Shown here: positions 42,009 through 53,871 of the stretch, piece after piece | Layout of the letters: the number at the start of each line of letters is the position of its first letter | Position numbering within the stretch: position 1 is the stretch's first letter | Source of the DNA: Naegleria gruberi | Taxonomy: Eukaryota | DNA length: 64,000 nt | Strand: one strand, 5' to 3' | Assembly: GCA_000004985.1 (NCBI GenBank) | Contig: GG738849.1 | Program-made: the position numbers and the translations under genes | The notes under the pieces: generated by a model | Told to the model about the DNA's origin: nothing | The model's database searches: none | The model's input: the letters and a program-made list of their open reading frames with translations, nothing else

Positions 42009-45000
42009 TTATTTATTGAGCATTTCTTTCAAAGCATTCTTTTGTTCAGTGGTTAACATCTTTTCCAAGTGAGGTAATACTTGTTGATTGACTTGGCATA
42101 ATTCCTTCATCACTTGAGGAAGTATCTCAATAAGATTTACATTATTAATTGGATCTTTTGATGACAAGACATCGTCAAAGTACTCCTCTTCATCATCGTC
42201 AAAGTCATCATCAACAAGTTGATGTAAATAATCATCCTCAACATTAGAATCTGTACCCATAGGCTCACCACCATACAAGACACTTTCAGCAGAATATTCC
42301 TTCTTCTTGTCGTTTTCATTTTCCTTTGCTCTCACAAAAGCATCAACCAAAAGAACAAATGCATGAAGAACAAATGGCATTTGTCTTTCCTTTGTCTTTG
42401 ACTTGGATCTAGTTCTGTATTTTCCTGATGATTCCTTTTCAATTTCTACGGATACAGTAACTGTTCCCAAACGTTCATCTCCAGTTTGGAGCAATTTAGC
42501 CAAAGCTGTTGCTGTAACCTTTAACTTGTAAGCTCCAAAGAAAAATTGTTGATTCTTGGACCACTTATTCAAAAGACAAACTAGCCCATTAGAATCTCCA
42601 ACCTTGATTGATTCCAAAAGGTTGAACATTTGCACAACATCTTGATGATGGAAAAGCTTGGCAAACACAAAAACTATTGATTGAATGAAGATTAATTCTT
42701 CTGAGACATTCAATTTAACAATGCAAGCAGATAGAATTTTTCCAATAATTTCCATGTTAAGTGCAGTACCAAGCTTGGTAAAAATTTCAGTAATTAATTC
42801 GCCAACACCAAAAGCAGCTGATTCACTGAAATTTGGTTGCAACAATCTGTAAATATATTCCAATAAGAAGTGGAATGAAGAAACTTGGTGGTTTTGACTT
42901 GTAAATCTGTGTTGAACTAGAATTTCCTCACTCACATGAACAATGGATCTCAGGCATTCATTGATTTTTTGGATCCATGAAGGATCTTCATTGGAAAATC
43001 CAAGAGACATCAAACTAGGGAAGAGAGAATTCAAAATTGTAATAGAATCTTCCTTCTTTGCACGAACAATAATGGTATTAGACAAGTTGAGCAAATTCTC
43101 TACGAAATCTGATTTGGTGGCAGTTCCACTACTTGTGAAAATTTGAGCAATTCGTGGAATGACATTGTTAACGAGTTGAGCCTCAGTTTCTGGGATTTGT
43201 GCAAGCTTGTCGAATACATTAATAATATCACTTGAAATAGCATGATCATTAGAAAACTTGTCCAATTGATTCAACATAATTGAAATAACATTGGCGCTTT
43301 GAGGAACCACAACATGAGGTAAGAACTGCAATATTTAGAAATTTAGAATCACTCACACACATATAACAACTTACATTTACAAAAACAGCAATGCTTTCCA
43401 ATGGAATGTACATGGTTTCATCTGTTAAATCATCAACCAATTTACACATACAAAAGAGAATGTTTTGTAAAATCTCATCCTTTCCTTGTCCAAATGATGA
43501 GATGAGAGGTTCCAAAATTGGTGAATGTAAACAGAAAATTCTTGCAACTGCTTGACAAGAGTATAATCTCAATGGAAGTGGTTGTTGCTCGTTAAGGTGA
43601 TTTACATAAATAATAAATAATTGCTTGATCAGTTCAAGACTATTGATCTTGTATAGTTTGGTATTACTGATTTGTCCTAAGAAGAAGCTTGAACATTGGA
43701 TGGCTCTCGATTTCAAAAATTGCAAGCTTTCTGTGTTGACTTTCAAGTCATTTTGAACAAGTTGATTCATAAGAGATGGCAGATCGAAAATCTTTGGATA
43801 ATCTTCAATACTATCTCTGAATCCTGTAAAACTGGAAATACACATCAAGCAGGCTTCTCTGAGTTTCCACCAAGTACATGAATTAGAATTTTGAATATAT
43901 AAATTTTGTGATTCTTGCATTCTCTTGTGATATGCTTCAAGTAAACTTTCAACTGCTAAATTATCATAAGTATCATGGAAATCTTCAATCAATTTAGCAC
44001 AAGCAATTCTAATACTATAGCTGGAATATTGATTGTCTTCCTCAGAGACAAATTGTTCTGGTTCAGTTTCCCAAAGTTCTGTCATACTTTCTGGTAATTG
44101 AGAGTAACCAATTAATAAATAAATTAATTGAACCAAATTTGCCTTGCTAGAAGATAGCAATGTTGAAAGCTTTGGATTTAAAACAATTGTCGCCAAAAGT
44201 TCAATTTGTTGACAAATTACTGTTGTAAAGTTAACATTTTCACCTTCACTATCATATCTAGCTGCAATTTCTTTTGTTGGAATACCACTTTCAGATGGCG
44301 AAAGAACAGCATGTTTAAAGTAAGTTTCATATTCCTTTTCCAAAGAGATACAAGTTGATTGTAAAACAACAATGATTGCTTGTTGTAATGTTTTTCCAAA
44401 CTCTTTGATAAGTGTATTCATCATCTTGACACATTCCATCTTGAATGAGCAATCAGATTCAACATTTGGAATCGGTTTGCAAATTTCTCCTAACACTATA
44501 TTCATAGTTGGCTCCAAAGCAGTAGCCAATAATTTCTTTGATTCTTCAATGAGACGATCATCAATAACTCTTTCTCCCTCCTCTGGAGCTTCTTCATAAA
44601 CTCCATCATCCCCATAATCATCCACATACTCATCATCTTCATCAGTTACATCCCCTGATACCATAGCAATTAAAGAAAACATTTCTGAACAAACAGTAAG
44701 AGCTTTAGCTCTAATAATATCAGGTAATTGAGCATTTTCAGCAATTTTCAACATGTAAGGTACTAAAACTGGAAAAACGAAAATGGTATGCTTATCAGAG
44801 AAGTGTTGAGCAACAAGTGACAAACACTTGAGAGCACCCAATGATTGAGCAAAATTTTGTTGATTTGTTAAACCATTTTCATAAATATTAATTAAAATTT
44901 GAATCAAATCATTCCATTCCTCAGGAAATTCATGTTCAGCTGCCTCTGATATACTCATACCAAAAGCTGTATTAATTTTTGAAAGGAAAGCAGGAGGTGT

Positions 45001-45522
45001 ATCAACTTCAAAATCACCAACCATTAAACCCAAAGGAAGAAGATCCTTGAATTGTTTTTTCAAATCTGCTGATGTAATAGTATTCCAATGTGTTTTAATA
45101 TAACCCTTCAATAAAACTGCTGATAATTGTCTAACAGCAGGATTTAAAATAACATTCTTAAGTTGTGATTCTTGTTGAATAATTTGATGAAGAGGAAAGT
45201 GAATAGAACAATTAAACATGTTATTATCCGAAACACAAAATCTATTTCGGAATGGAATATAATCATAAAGTGATACATGTAAAAGTAAAATTCCATAATA
45301 TGAACATCGTGATGGAAATGATAATAATTCATTTTGTGCTCCATTAATTTCCTGTGGTGATACCATCACACCACCTCCAATCTTGTATAAACATTGAGCA
45401 AGAATAGAAAACTCGCGTTGGAGTTCTTCCATTGTGAGAGGTACAAATGAGCTGAAGGGTGGTACTACCGATGCATGTGATGATGAGGCGTGAAGCGGCG
45501 AACCAACAACTTTTGGCATCAT
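42009..45522 (-). CDS. importin-beta-family nuclear transport receptor (importin-9/Kap114-like)
   Basis: Exons are 45522..43375 and 43325..42009, with a 49-nt GTAAGT..CAG intron at 43374..43326. The product is about 1155 aa of HEAT-like helical repeats. It has an N-terminal importin-beta-N-like region and an acidic insertion (DDDFDDDEEEYFDD) near the C-terminus. Confidence 0.6.
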
Positions 45523-45659
45523 TTTTTTTCAACTTCAATTTTTTCCTTCTTTTTTCATTTATTATTTAAAACTGCGAAAGCTTAAAACCAACACAAGCCA
45601 AACTCTATTGAAGTAGAAGAACACTCGAAAAGTAACTTGGCAAGTTGAGAATAAATTTA

Positions 45660-47807
45660 CTAAAAGTAAGGTTCGTGAGGAAGGTGGTTATTTTGTTTGC
45701 AACGTCTTGTCTTTTTGATTTTTCGTTTGCCATCTATTGGAAAATTCCAATCCAAAGCAATATAAAACAGAATGGATATAAAGAGAACTCCAGCTAGTGT
45801 AAATTGAACTGTTTGAACAGAGAAGAGGGTTCCAAAAACAATTCCAATGCAAACACCCAATGATTGAATTATTTTGAAAGAGGAGAAGGCTTCACTAGTC
45901 TTGGCATATTTAAAGTAATCACCTGTTCCACCAAGTACTGAATAAATTACAACATTCAATCCAGAATCGGCTAGTCCACAAATAATTTGAGGAACAAAAT
46001 AAGTGATATAACTTGGAGGCCAGTAAACTGTAGCAAACGATGATGATATGGCCAAAACGTGGAAAATAATTGTGGCTATCATGACTGGTCTTTTTCCAAT
46101 CTTGTCACTCAACCTTCCAAACAATAGAGATCCCACCACCTCACTCAACCCAAAGCAAGCAATAGCCCAAGGAACAATGAATGAATTGGAATGCTTTTGC
46201 ATGACTCTTGGCAAAACTCTGTAAAAGAATGCAATAGAATAGCCAGAGTAGAAGAATATTACAGAGAAGAGGATCATTTTTGGAGAAAGAATTACAGAAA
46301 TAGTATCCTTAATGTACACCAACACATTGGCAATTATTGCCAAAAGTCTATCCCTTGTGGATGGTGGTTTCGGTAATTCATATTCAATTGTAGCTACACT
46401 GAGATTTTCCTCATACATGGAAGGTAAATTGGTGCTGGCTTCATCATCTGTATCATCATTGATAGTGGCCGATTCTACTGTTAAAGAAGAATCTGATTTC
46501 ATGACCACCGTTTTAGGGTAGATTGTTTTTCCTGTATCTAGATGTTTGAATGAGCTATCATTATTCCGTAAATGTTCTGTTCTCTCTACCTTTCTAGGCT
46601 GAGATTTAAGTTGCATATTACTTATAGTTTCATGAAATGAAATATTTCTCAGTGGTGTTAATAGAATAATTCCAAACAATGAGATGATAAATAAAATCAA
46701 AAATAGCCAAAATTCTCCCAATGATAATTTCAACATTGAGGTTGAAATTAAATTTCCCAACAAGGAATTAAGTTGATAAATTGCAAAAAAGACTCCAGAA
46801 TAAAGTCCCATTACGTCATCAGCATGTGAAAGACCCTTTCTCAGAGGTCTATATCTACTCACAGTAAATGCAGAGTTGAAATGATCAATTTCCATCTTGT
46901 TTCTTTCTTTTTTAGCCATTCTTTGATAATAATTGGCAGCTCTTGTCAAAATTTCTCCATTCGCTATCCATAATAAACTTCCTCCCAATCCTGAAATTGT
47001 AGACATGGTATAGGAAACTGGAGCCATCTCCACTGACAAGCTCAACACAAATAAAGCATACAAGAAAGCTCCAACAATAATACTCGTCCTAAGTCCAAAT
47101 AATTTAATAATACTCGGTGTAACTATTGAAAATCCTGACAGAGAAGAATAGAGAACAATGGCAGATGCTGTTATTCTCCTCCTAATTTCAGTAAAATAGA
47201 ATAGTAAAATATTAAATGCTGAAAAGAGAATTAGAAATGAAATTCCCAATACCAACACATTGAAAAATCCCTTGTTGAAATACTTGATTTTAGTTGGAAG
47301 AGATGTTTTAAATTTCCGAAAGAGTGGACTCGGTGAACTATTAATTAAAAGTGGTGATCTTATATTTTCCAAATGATGATAATTACTTCTTGATGATTTT
47401 ACTTGATCCATTCCACTCAATATTGAATTGTTCCGAGATAATTCATCATCATCAAAATCCAATTCGTAGGGATCATCGTCATCATCCAGTGTATTATGAT
47501 TTACTCTACTGGGCGAAATCTCTTGACGATAATTAAATCTGTTCTGGTTACGATTTGAAGAGGGTGATTGTTGATAGTAATATTCGGCATGTCCACTTGT
47601 TAATAGAGTATTGTTATTATAATCATAGTGATGATGAGCATTACGTGATGGAGATTGTATTATCGGGTGTGATGATACATTGTGATGATTAGGAATAGAG
47701 GAATTTGGTGTCGTTAGAGTTGTTGTAGTGGTAGTGAGCATCATATTACTGCTAAATTCATCCCCACTACGCGCAGCATTATCAGCCATTATTATATTAT
47801 TATTCAA
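45660..47807 (-). CDS. MFSD11: UNC93-like major-facilitator transporter (MFSD11-like) with a long N-terminal extension and central loop
   Basis: Blocks resembling MFSD11/UNC93 are LGGSLLWIANGEILT, GVFFAIYQLNSLLGNLI, FFYSGYSIAFF, SEVVGSLLFGRLSDKIGKRPV, CGLADSGLNVVIYSVLG and SSFKIIQSLG. There are about 11-12 TM segments. Confidence 0.7.
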   Translation of the reverse strand: MNNNIIMADNAARSGDEFSSNMMLTTTTTTLTTPNSSIPNHHNVSSHPIIQSPSRNAHHHYDYNNNTLLTSGHAEYYYQQSPSSNRNQNRFNYRQEISPSRVNHNTLDDDDDPYELDFDDDELSRNNSILSGMDQVKSSRSNYHHLENIRSPLLINSSPSPLFRKFKTSLPTKIKYFNKGFFNVLVLGISFLILFSAFNILLFYFTEIRRRITASAIVLYSSLSGFSIVTPSIIKLFGLRTSIIVGAFLYALFVLSLSVEMAPVSYTMSTISGLGGSLLWIANGEILTRAANYYQRMAKKERNKMEIDHFNSAFTVSRYRPLRKGLSHADDVMGLYSGVFFAIYQLNSLLGNLISTSMLKLSLGEFWLFLILFIISLFGIILLTPLRNISFHETISNMQLKSQPRKVERTEHLRNNDSSFKHLDTGKTIYPKTVVMKSDSSLTVESATINDDTDDEASTNLPSMYEENLSVATIEYELPKPPSTRDRLLAIIANVLVYIKDTISVILSPKMILFSVIFFYSGYSIAFFYRVLPRVMQKHSNSFIVPWAIACFGLSEVVGSLLFGRLSDKIGKRPVMIATIIFHVLAISSSFATVYWPPSYITYFVPQIICGLADSGLNVVIYSVLGGTGDYFKYAKTSEAFSSFKIIQSLGVCIGIVFGTLFSVQTVQFTLAGVLFISILFYIALDWNFPIDGKRKIKKTRRCKQNNHLPHEPYF

Positions 47808-47958
47808 ATCAAGTATTATAAGTTGTGTTACTATTCCGTAAATAATCTTGAAGATAAGCTGTCGCCAATTTTTTGTTCAAAATTTGTGGGCTTCTTCAAG
47901 AGTTGAGTGGAATCATAAGAAATATTAAATAATAATATATTAATATTAATCAAAAAAA

Positions 47959-48558
47959 ATGGAAAGAATGACAGAGGTTCATCGTCACATTCTTCAAATG
48001 ATGATGGCACACAAATTTATGGCTGAAGATGAATTGACTCGAAAATTAGAAGATTTTAAGAATAATTTTCAATATGAAACTCTGGTGCAAAATAACAGTG
48101 AAGAACGATTTGATATTGATCTTTCCGAGTTTATCACAACAATTAATTCTGCACTAAATTTTATGGATATGAAAATAGTTAGAGAACAACATCCAAAGAC
48201 AAAGAAAATATTATATACATTAATTAATCAAACGGAGGATGAAATTTCAAAGCTTGCAACACGTTATTCTATTGATGAACTGGAATTATTTAAAAGTATT
48301 TGTGAAGCAATAGCTAATGATAATGATGAAATTCTAACAATTGTTGTGGCAACAAGTAAACGTCCAAAAGCACTTTCAGTGGAGGCTGCAGAACAAGCTA
48401 TCAGATTATTTATAGAGGAAGGCTGGTTAGAAAATTTACCAGGTCAAGGATTGAAATTTGGATTTAGATCACAAACTGATTTGGCCAACTATATTTCTGA
48501 ATTACAGACTCTGGAAGAAGAAGAAGAACCACAAGGAGAAGAGGAAGAAGAAGAATAA
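47959..48558 (+). CDS. NSMCE1: NSE1-like (SMC5/6 complex non-SMC element 1) lacking the C-terminal RING
   Basis: MTEVHRHILQMMMAHKFMAEDELTRKL..FITTINSALNFMDMKI..LYTLINQ..ELELFKSICEAI..AEQAIRLFIEEGWLE parallels the human NSMCE1 N-terminal winged-helix region from memory. The ORF ends in an acidic tail. Confidence 0.55.
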   Translation: MERMTEVHRHILQMMMAHKFMAEDELTRKLEDFKNNFQYETLVQNNSEERFDIDLSEFITTINSALNFMDMKIVREQHPKTKKILYTLINQTEDEISKLATRYSIDELELFKSICEAIANDNDEILTIVVATSKRPKALSVEAAEQAIRLFIEEGWLENLPGQGLKFGFRSQTDLANYISELQTLEEEEEPQGEEEEEE

Positions 48559-48733
48559 TGTAACATATATTGAATCTAGGAACTAAATATTAACTAAATG
48601 ATATTTTATTAATCAGATTATTTCCGATATAAATAATATCACATTCGAATTGTTATTACTATTACTGAATATATTGAAGAAATGATCCAAATTGATGTCC
48701 TGATATTATTATATTACCGAATAATGCTTGTTA

Positions 48734-49066
48734 TTAATCAGAATAGTTGGCATTTGGGAAATCAGCATGAAATTGGTCCATAAATGTTCTGGTCAACTCT
48801 ACAGCTTCCAAATACTTGCTTATACATCTATTTTGACAAATCATTTCTCCAGAGTGAATATCATTATGTTTAAAATTCAATCCGATACAATGTTTAAAAC
48901 ACTGATTCACCATCCTTTAAAAATTCTATCCAAACCACCTCCTCACACCAATTACTTACCTTCCATAATTATCTTTAATATTATAGGCTCTAATCTTTGC
49001 CAGTTCCAACTCTTCGGGAGTTTCAGCAGTAGCAACAATCTTCTGTACTGAATTATTGTTTGTCAT
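48734..49066 (-). CDS. small Tim protein (Tim9/Tim10 family, twin CX3C)
   Basis: Exons are 49066..48960 and 48914..48734, with a 45-nt GTAAGT intron. The product contains ..NQCFKHCIGL.. and ..MICQNRCISKYLEA.., giving a C-x3-C ... C-x3-C pattern. Confidence 0.8.
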
Positions 49067-49144
49067 TTTTTATTGAAGAAAAAACAAATGGATTTTGATT
49101 TAAAAATTATTTTTAAAATTACAAATATTAAAAAATTCAAAAAA

Positions 49145-51019
49145 ATGTCCTACAATAATAACTATCATCGGGATAGACAATATAATAACGGAGGAGGTTC
49201 GTATCGTAATGATAATAGAGGAGGATCGAATAATTATCAGGGTAGTAATAATAGCAGAGGAGGAGGAGGAGGAAATTATTCATCATACAATTCTCACCAA
49301 GCATCAGCTTCATCTTCTCATATTCTTCCACCATCATCAAATCAGAAAAAGACTAAAATTATTCATGTCGATCCATCAGTTGTACAAAAAACAAAACCAT
49401 CTGTAAATACAAGCGTTCAAGAAATTATTCAAAGAAGACAATTAAAGTATCCAATATCTAGTGTGAATATTAGTGTTGGTAAATCACCTGTAGAATTGCC
49501 AACTGGTGAATTTCCTAATCCATTGGAACATCCATCTATATTAATTGATACAAAAACAGGTATTGCAATTGAAGATTTGAGTGCAGATACTGAAAATGAT
49601 TATATTAAAAAGTTACTGGAAAGTTGTGGACCTTACGCAAGTTGGAAACGGTTGAAAGACACAAATACAAATAGATGGAAAACTTTTGGATTTTGTGAAT
49701 ATCAATCATGTGCATCAGCTATTCGTGCAATGAAACTTTTGAACGGATTGGAAATTGAACCTGGAGTGTTTATTAAAGTAAAATGTGGTAAAAAAACCCA
49801 AACATTTATGGATCAATATCAACAGAAAAAACTAGAATTATGGTCTAAAAGGTTGAAGGAAAAGGAAGAACAATTATCAAACTTTGATGGTGGACAAGAA
49901 TTAACACCAGAACAAAAACAATTACTTGCACAACTTGAACAGCAAATGGGCTCTGCTAATGCACCTGTAGAAATTAGAGATAAGGATAAAGTTGAACTTG
50001 AAAAGTTTGAAACAGCTCTCGACCAAATCTCACAAGTAATTATCAAAGATTTGGTTGGTGAGAGAATGAATGTGGAAAATGAAAATAGATCCAGAGAATC
50101 GATCAGTCAGCAACTTGCTGTCTCTAACACTGTTCAAAAGATTGCAGAGTCTGGTGTCAGTAACGAAGAAACAGAGGCTACCAAAAATGTAATTTATGAT
50201 GAAATTCGTCGATTCAGAGATAATGAAAGACTGAAGGAAGAAGAAACCAAACAAATTGAAAAGAGAAGCAGAGAAAAGATTTATAAGGAGAAGAGACTTA
50301 AACAATCCAAACAATTGGAAAGGGAGAGAAGAAGAAGATTGAGATGGGAAAAAGAGAATGAACAAGACAAGAGACAACGAGAAATTACCATCAGAAATAT
50401 TGAAGAATTCGAAAGAAGAAGGGAAAGAAAGTATGGAGGTATTGATGGAACAGGTCAAGATTATGATACAAGTGATGACGAGATGGATATCACAGAAAAG
50501 AAAAAGATCCAAATCGAATTGCAAGAAAGATCTTCAAATTTACCAAGTCAAACAGCTAATGTCTCTATTGGATACTCTGAGGAAGACGAACAAGAAGCAT
50601 GGAGTGGAAGAAAGAAGAAGAAATTATCAGCCATTGAGGAAATTGAAAGATCCAAACAACAAAGTGAATATTTGGATTTGGAAAATATTTACAAATCTCT
50701 TCCAGTATCAACGGCTGATATATTTGCCTTTGCAATTGATTGGAATATTGTTGATAAGTATCATCTCTGGCAAAGTTTAACCAAATTTGTTGATGAAGGT
50801 GTTATCAACTTGACAGGTGATTCTGAAGAAAGTTTAAGTCAATTTATTTTGGGTAAGATTGAAACTCACTCTCCACCTCAGGAAGTAATTGATGACTTGC
50901 TTGAAATCTTTGATGACCAGACTGAACAATTTGTAGTAGGGTTATGGAGAAAGCTCTTAGTGGAAATGATAAGAAAACAACGTGAAGAAGAAATCAATAA
51001 TCAAGAAATTAATGAATAA
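49145..51019 (+). CDS. RBM25: RBM25/Snu71-like splicing factor (RRM, ER-rich region and C-terminal PWI domain)
   Basis: The RRM is ..WKTFGFCEYQSCASAIRAMKLLNGLEI... An E/R/K-rich central region follows. The PWI-like C-terminus is LTKFVDEGVINLTGDSEESLSQFILGKI..QFVVGLWRKLLVEMI. ATG 49145 follows an A-run, 78 bp from the divergent Tim ATG. Confidence 0.7.
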   Translation: MSYNNNYHRDRQYNNGGGSYRNDNRGGSNNYQGSNNSRGGGGGNYSSYNSHQASASSSHILPPSSNQKKTKIIHVDPSVVQKTKPSVNTSVQEIIQRRQLKYPISSVNISVGKSPVELPTGEFPNPLEHPSILIDTKTGIAIEDLSADTENDYIKKLLESCGPYASWKRLKDTNTNRWKTFGFCEYQSCASAIRAMKLLNGLEIEPGVFIKVKCGKKTQTFMDQYQQKKLELWSKRLKEKEEQLSNFDGGQELTPEQKQLLAQLEQQMGSANAPVEIRDKDKVELEKFETALDQISQVIIKDLVGERMNVENENRSRESISQQLAVSNTVQKIAESGVSNEETEATKNVIYDEIRRFRDNERLKEEETKQIEKRSREKIYKEKRLKQSKQLERERRRRLRWEKENEQDKRQREITIRNIEEFERRRERKYGGIDGTGQDYDTSDDEMDITEKKKIQIELQERSSNLPSQTANVSIGYSEEDEQEAWSGRKKKKLSAIEEIERSKQQSEYLDLENIYKSLPVSTADIFAFAIDWNIVDKYHLWQSLTKFVDEGVINLTGDSEESLSQFILGKIETHSPPQEVIDDLLEIFDDQTEQFVVGLWRKLLVEMIRKQREEEINNQEINE

Positions 51020-51134
51020 ATTATTTCACTAGCAATAATTACTTTAGTATTATTTAGCTTTTTGAAATGCAACACACTCAGCCAGTTCTTTAATAATTTA
51101 ATAAAAATCCGACGAATTTATTACATAAAAGTAT

Positions 51135-51725
51135 TTAGTTTCCCTTTTGTACAGCTTCCATAGTCTTGTTGAAAAGTTCATCTTCCGATAACTCTTCTGT
51201 GGATGTAGAAACAGTTTGTGTAATTTCTTTTTCTGGCTTTTCCAATTTTCTCTTCATTTGCTTTGTTAATTTGTATTCAAAAGGAACTCTCTTGTATGTT
51301 AATTGACCTCTCAATGGTTGAATGGCAGCGACTTTGTGTCCTCTCTTCAAAATTGTAAGAATTTGCTTCAAGTGTCTCTTACTATTGATAAGTCCTGGGT
51401 GTCTTGAATTCATTTCTTCGTACAAGACGGATGATGTTGCTCTTCCCAATTCGTTGAGTGTATTAATGACGTTATGGATTGGATAGGATGGTGTTCTGTT
51501 GTTGGTAACAGTCTCCAAGGTTTTACCCTTTAAACGATCCAATTCAGAGTCTATCGTTTCGGTAAAACTACTATTATTGTTATTAGTCATAGAAAAACTT
51601 CTACATTGTTGATAAAAGTTAAATGATGATGGTTTATGTAAGAAAAGGGTTGGAGTAGCGAATTTGTTGATGCTACCAGCAGATGAAAGTTTGGTAAGAA
51701 GGGAGAGTCTCTTCATTTTTTTCAA
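51135..51725 (-). CDS. hypothetical protein with a presequence-like N-terminus
   Basis: 196-aa ORF starting at an ATG after an A-run, with no domain recognised. Confidence 0.4.
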   Translation of the reverse strand: MKKMKRLSLLTKLSSAGSINKFATPTLFLHKPSSFNFYQQCRSFSMTNNNNSSFTETIDSELDRLKGKTLETVTNNRTPSYPIHNVINTLNELGRATSSVLYEEMNSRHPGLINSKRHLKQILTILKRGHKVAAIQPLRGQLTYKRVPFEYKLTKQMKRKLEKPEKEITQTVSTSTEELSEDELFNKTMEAVQKGN

Positions 51726-51873
51726 TATTTTTATTTATTATTTTTTATTTTAAAAATTTGCAATTTTCTTTTTTTCACTCCTTAGTTGAATTGTTGGAGG
51801 AAATGTTGTCTTCAACTCCAATTACTAAGAATTTTAATTTAAGAAAATTATATAATAGAAGGAAGTTTTTAAT

Positions 51874-53871
51874 TTAATGATTGGTTGGAGTAACACGAAT
51901 TGGGTGAGCTTCAGTATTGAAAACAAACTTGTCAATTGGAATGATATGTTTTGGAGAGAATAATAAATAGAGATATTTCAATGTTTCAGCCAAGAAGAAT
52001 GATTGTTGGAAATCGTCGTGAACTGGAGACTGTGTTGCTACATTTCGAAGTCCACTGTAACCACCAGAGGCAATTTTGCATTTTGATTCAATTGCTTGGA
52101 AAATCTTCCATCCCCATTCTCTGTACTTTTCATCACCAGTAACTCTGTACATGATGAAAATACTTTCAACTGTTTCTGGTCTTAATAAATAAGTAGAGAC
52201 ACCAGGGTTAAATTTACCGCTGGCAGTGTCAAAGTGGAAAGTTTCTGGTCCAATTCCTGAAGGCATTTGAGCATAAGTTTCATAACATGTTCTTGTGAAT
52301 TCAGCACCAGTTTCAATTTGACGCTTATTTGAGATTTGGAATCCAGGAGTGGAAACATTGAAATAACCACCCAATGCAAACATACCAGCTGCAAAACATG
52401 CCAAATGGTCAACCTTGTGATGAGCTCTACCTTCGTATTCTGCAACATAGGTATATCCTTGGTTGGATTTGATAACCATATTCTCAAAGATACCCTTCAA
52501 AGTTGCCATGTACATGAATCTATATTTTTCAGCACCCTTTGTTCCTCTATTCAACAACCATTGTTTCAATAAATATTCATAGAATGAATCTCCCAAAGCA
52601 CCCAAAGAAACATAGTTAGAACACCAACTTCCAGAAGTTGGAGATATTTTGAGTGGATATAATCCATTGTCTGGCTTTTTGCTTTCCATGATATCCATAA
52701 CCTTAGTTACAGCATTATGATACTTCATATCCCCAGTCAATTCACTCAATCTTCTGAATTCCAATTGAAGAGAACCAAGTTCGCTCAAAATTGCACAATT
52801 ATTAGCCCAAGCAAATGTCTTTTTGGATCCAGTCTTCAAGTTAATTTCCGAATATGGAATACCAGTTGGTGAAGAGAAGGCAGGAAGTAATCTGTCAGCC
52901 ATATCTTTGGCTTTTTCGAGGAAGATCTTTTCCTTTGTCAAATCATACGCACTCACAAAACCTCCAACAACACGAATAGTTGTTTCAAAAACACTAATTC
53001 CACCATTAATTGTTGAAAATGAAGGCATGTCATTCTTAACATAATTCAATGATTTTTCATATTGTTGTTTCAAACCCATGATAACCATTGTATCAAGTGA
53101 ATCAATCAGTGTCATACCAAAACCTTTTGAGCTAGCAATCCAATTATGATAACCTTTGCTTACTGGTCTATATTCATCCTTTCCCCAAACATGTTCATAT
53201 CCTTTGAATGCGTGAATGAATGCATCTCTTACAGCCTTTCTTTTTTCGTTTGCACTGTCACTCATAAAATCATTCTCATAATCGTCAATAGTCATCTGTT
53301 CTGGTTGATAAAGATAAGATTTTGGTCCAACTTTTAATTCCTCAGTCTTTGGTTGTTGAACAACTTCTATATGTTTTTCAACTATTGTTTCCTTTGTTGC
53401 TTCCTTAATTTTGACTTGTTGAATTGGTTGTTTTACATCCCTTGTTGGTGGTGCTTGTTGTTCTTGTTTTTGAGGTGTTTGTGGAGGTTTTGGAATTGGA
53501 GGAGGAACATTTGGTGGAGTTCTCTTTTCTTCTCTTGTTGTTTTAATAATTTCAATTTCATCATGCAACTCCAAATCTTCAATTCTTGGAAGAATTTCAA
53601 AGTTTGACTCTCTAGTATTACCAATTGAAAGAGTTGAAAAGAGGAAGATGAAAAGAACAATTGTTCCGAAGAGGATTAAAGTGTACTTCCAAAAATTACT
53701 AATATCTCCACTAGACTCACTCAGTTTCGAGGAAAAACCCTTCTTGTTATAAACTCCCAGAGGATCCAAATCTGCATCCTTAGAAACTGTTAATAATTGA
53801 GGGTTTACATTTGATCTTTTTATCAAATTTTTCCCCTCCTCAATCCCACTAAAATCGGATGATGATGACAT
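51874..53871 (-). CDS. GH47 mannosyl-oligosaccharide alpha-1,2-mannosidase (type-II membrane protein)
   Basis: N-terminal TM anchor followed by a P/Q-rich stem. The GH47 blocks are AFIHAFKGYEHVWGKDEYRPVS, GMTLIDSLDTMVIMG, ISVFETTIRVVGG, LGALGDSFYEYLLKQW, HLACFAAGMFALG, PETFHF, YLLRPETVESIFIMYRVTGD and SFFLAETLKYLYLLFS. Confidence 0.9.
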   Translation of the reverse strand: MSSSSDFSGIEEGKNLIKRSNVNPQLLTVSKDADLDPLGVYNKKGFSSKLSESSGDISNFWKYTLILFGTIVLFIFLFSTLSIGNTRESNFEILPRIEDLELHDEIEIIKTTREEKRTPPNVPPPIPKPPQTPQKQEQQAPPTRDVKQPIQQVKIKEATKETIVEKHIEVVQQPKTEELKVGPKSYLYQPEQMTIDDYENDFMSDSANEKRKAVRDAFIHAFKGYEHVWGKDEYRPVSKGYHNWIASSKGFGMTLIDSLDTMVIMGLKQQYEKSLNYVKNDMPSFSTINGGISVFETTIRVVGGFVSAYDLTKEKIFLEKAKDMADRLLPAFSSPTGIPYSEINLKTGSKKTFAWANNCAILSELGSLQLEFRRLSELTGDMKYHNAVTKVMDIMESKKPDNGLYPLKISPTSGSWCSNYVSLGALGDSFYEYLLKQWLLNRGTKGAEKYRFMYMATLKGIFENMVIKSNQGYTYVAEYEGRAHHKVDHLACFAAGMFALGGYFNVSTPGFQISNKRQIETGAEFTRTCYETYAQMPSGIGPETFHFDTASGKFNPGVSTYLLRPETVESIFIMYRVTGDEKYREWGWKIFQAIESKCKIASGGYSGLRNVATQSPVHDDFQQSFFLAETLKYLYLLFSPKHIIPIDKFVFNTEAHPIRVTPTNH

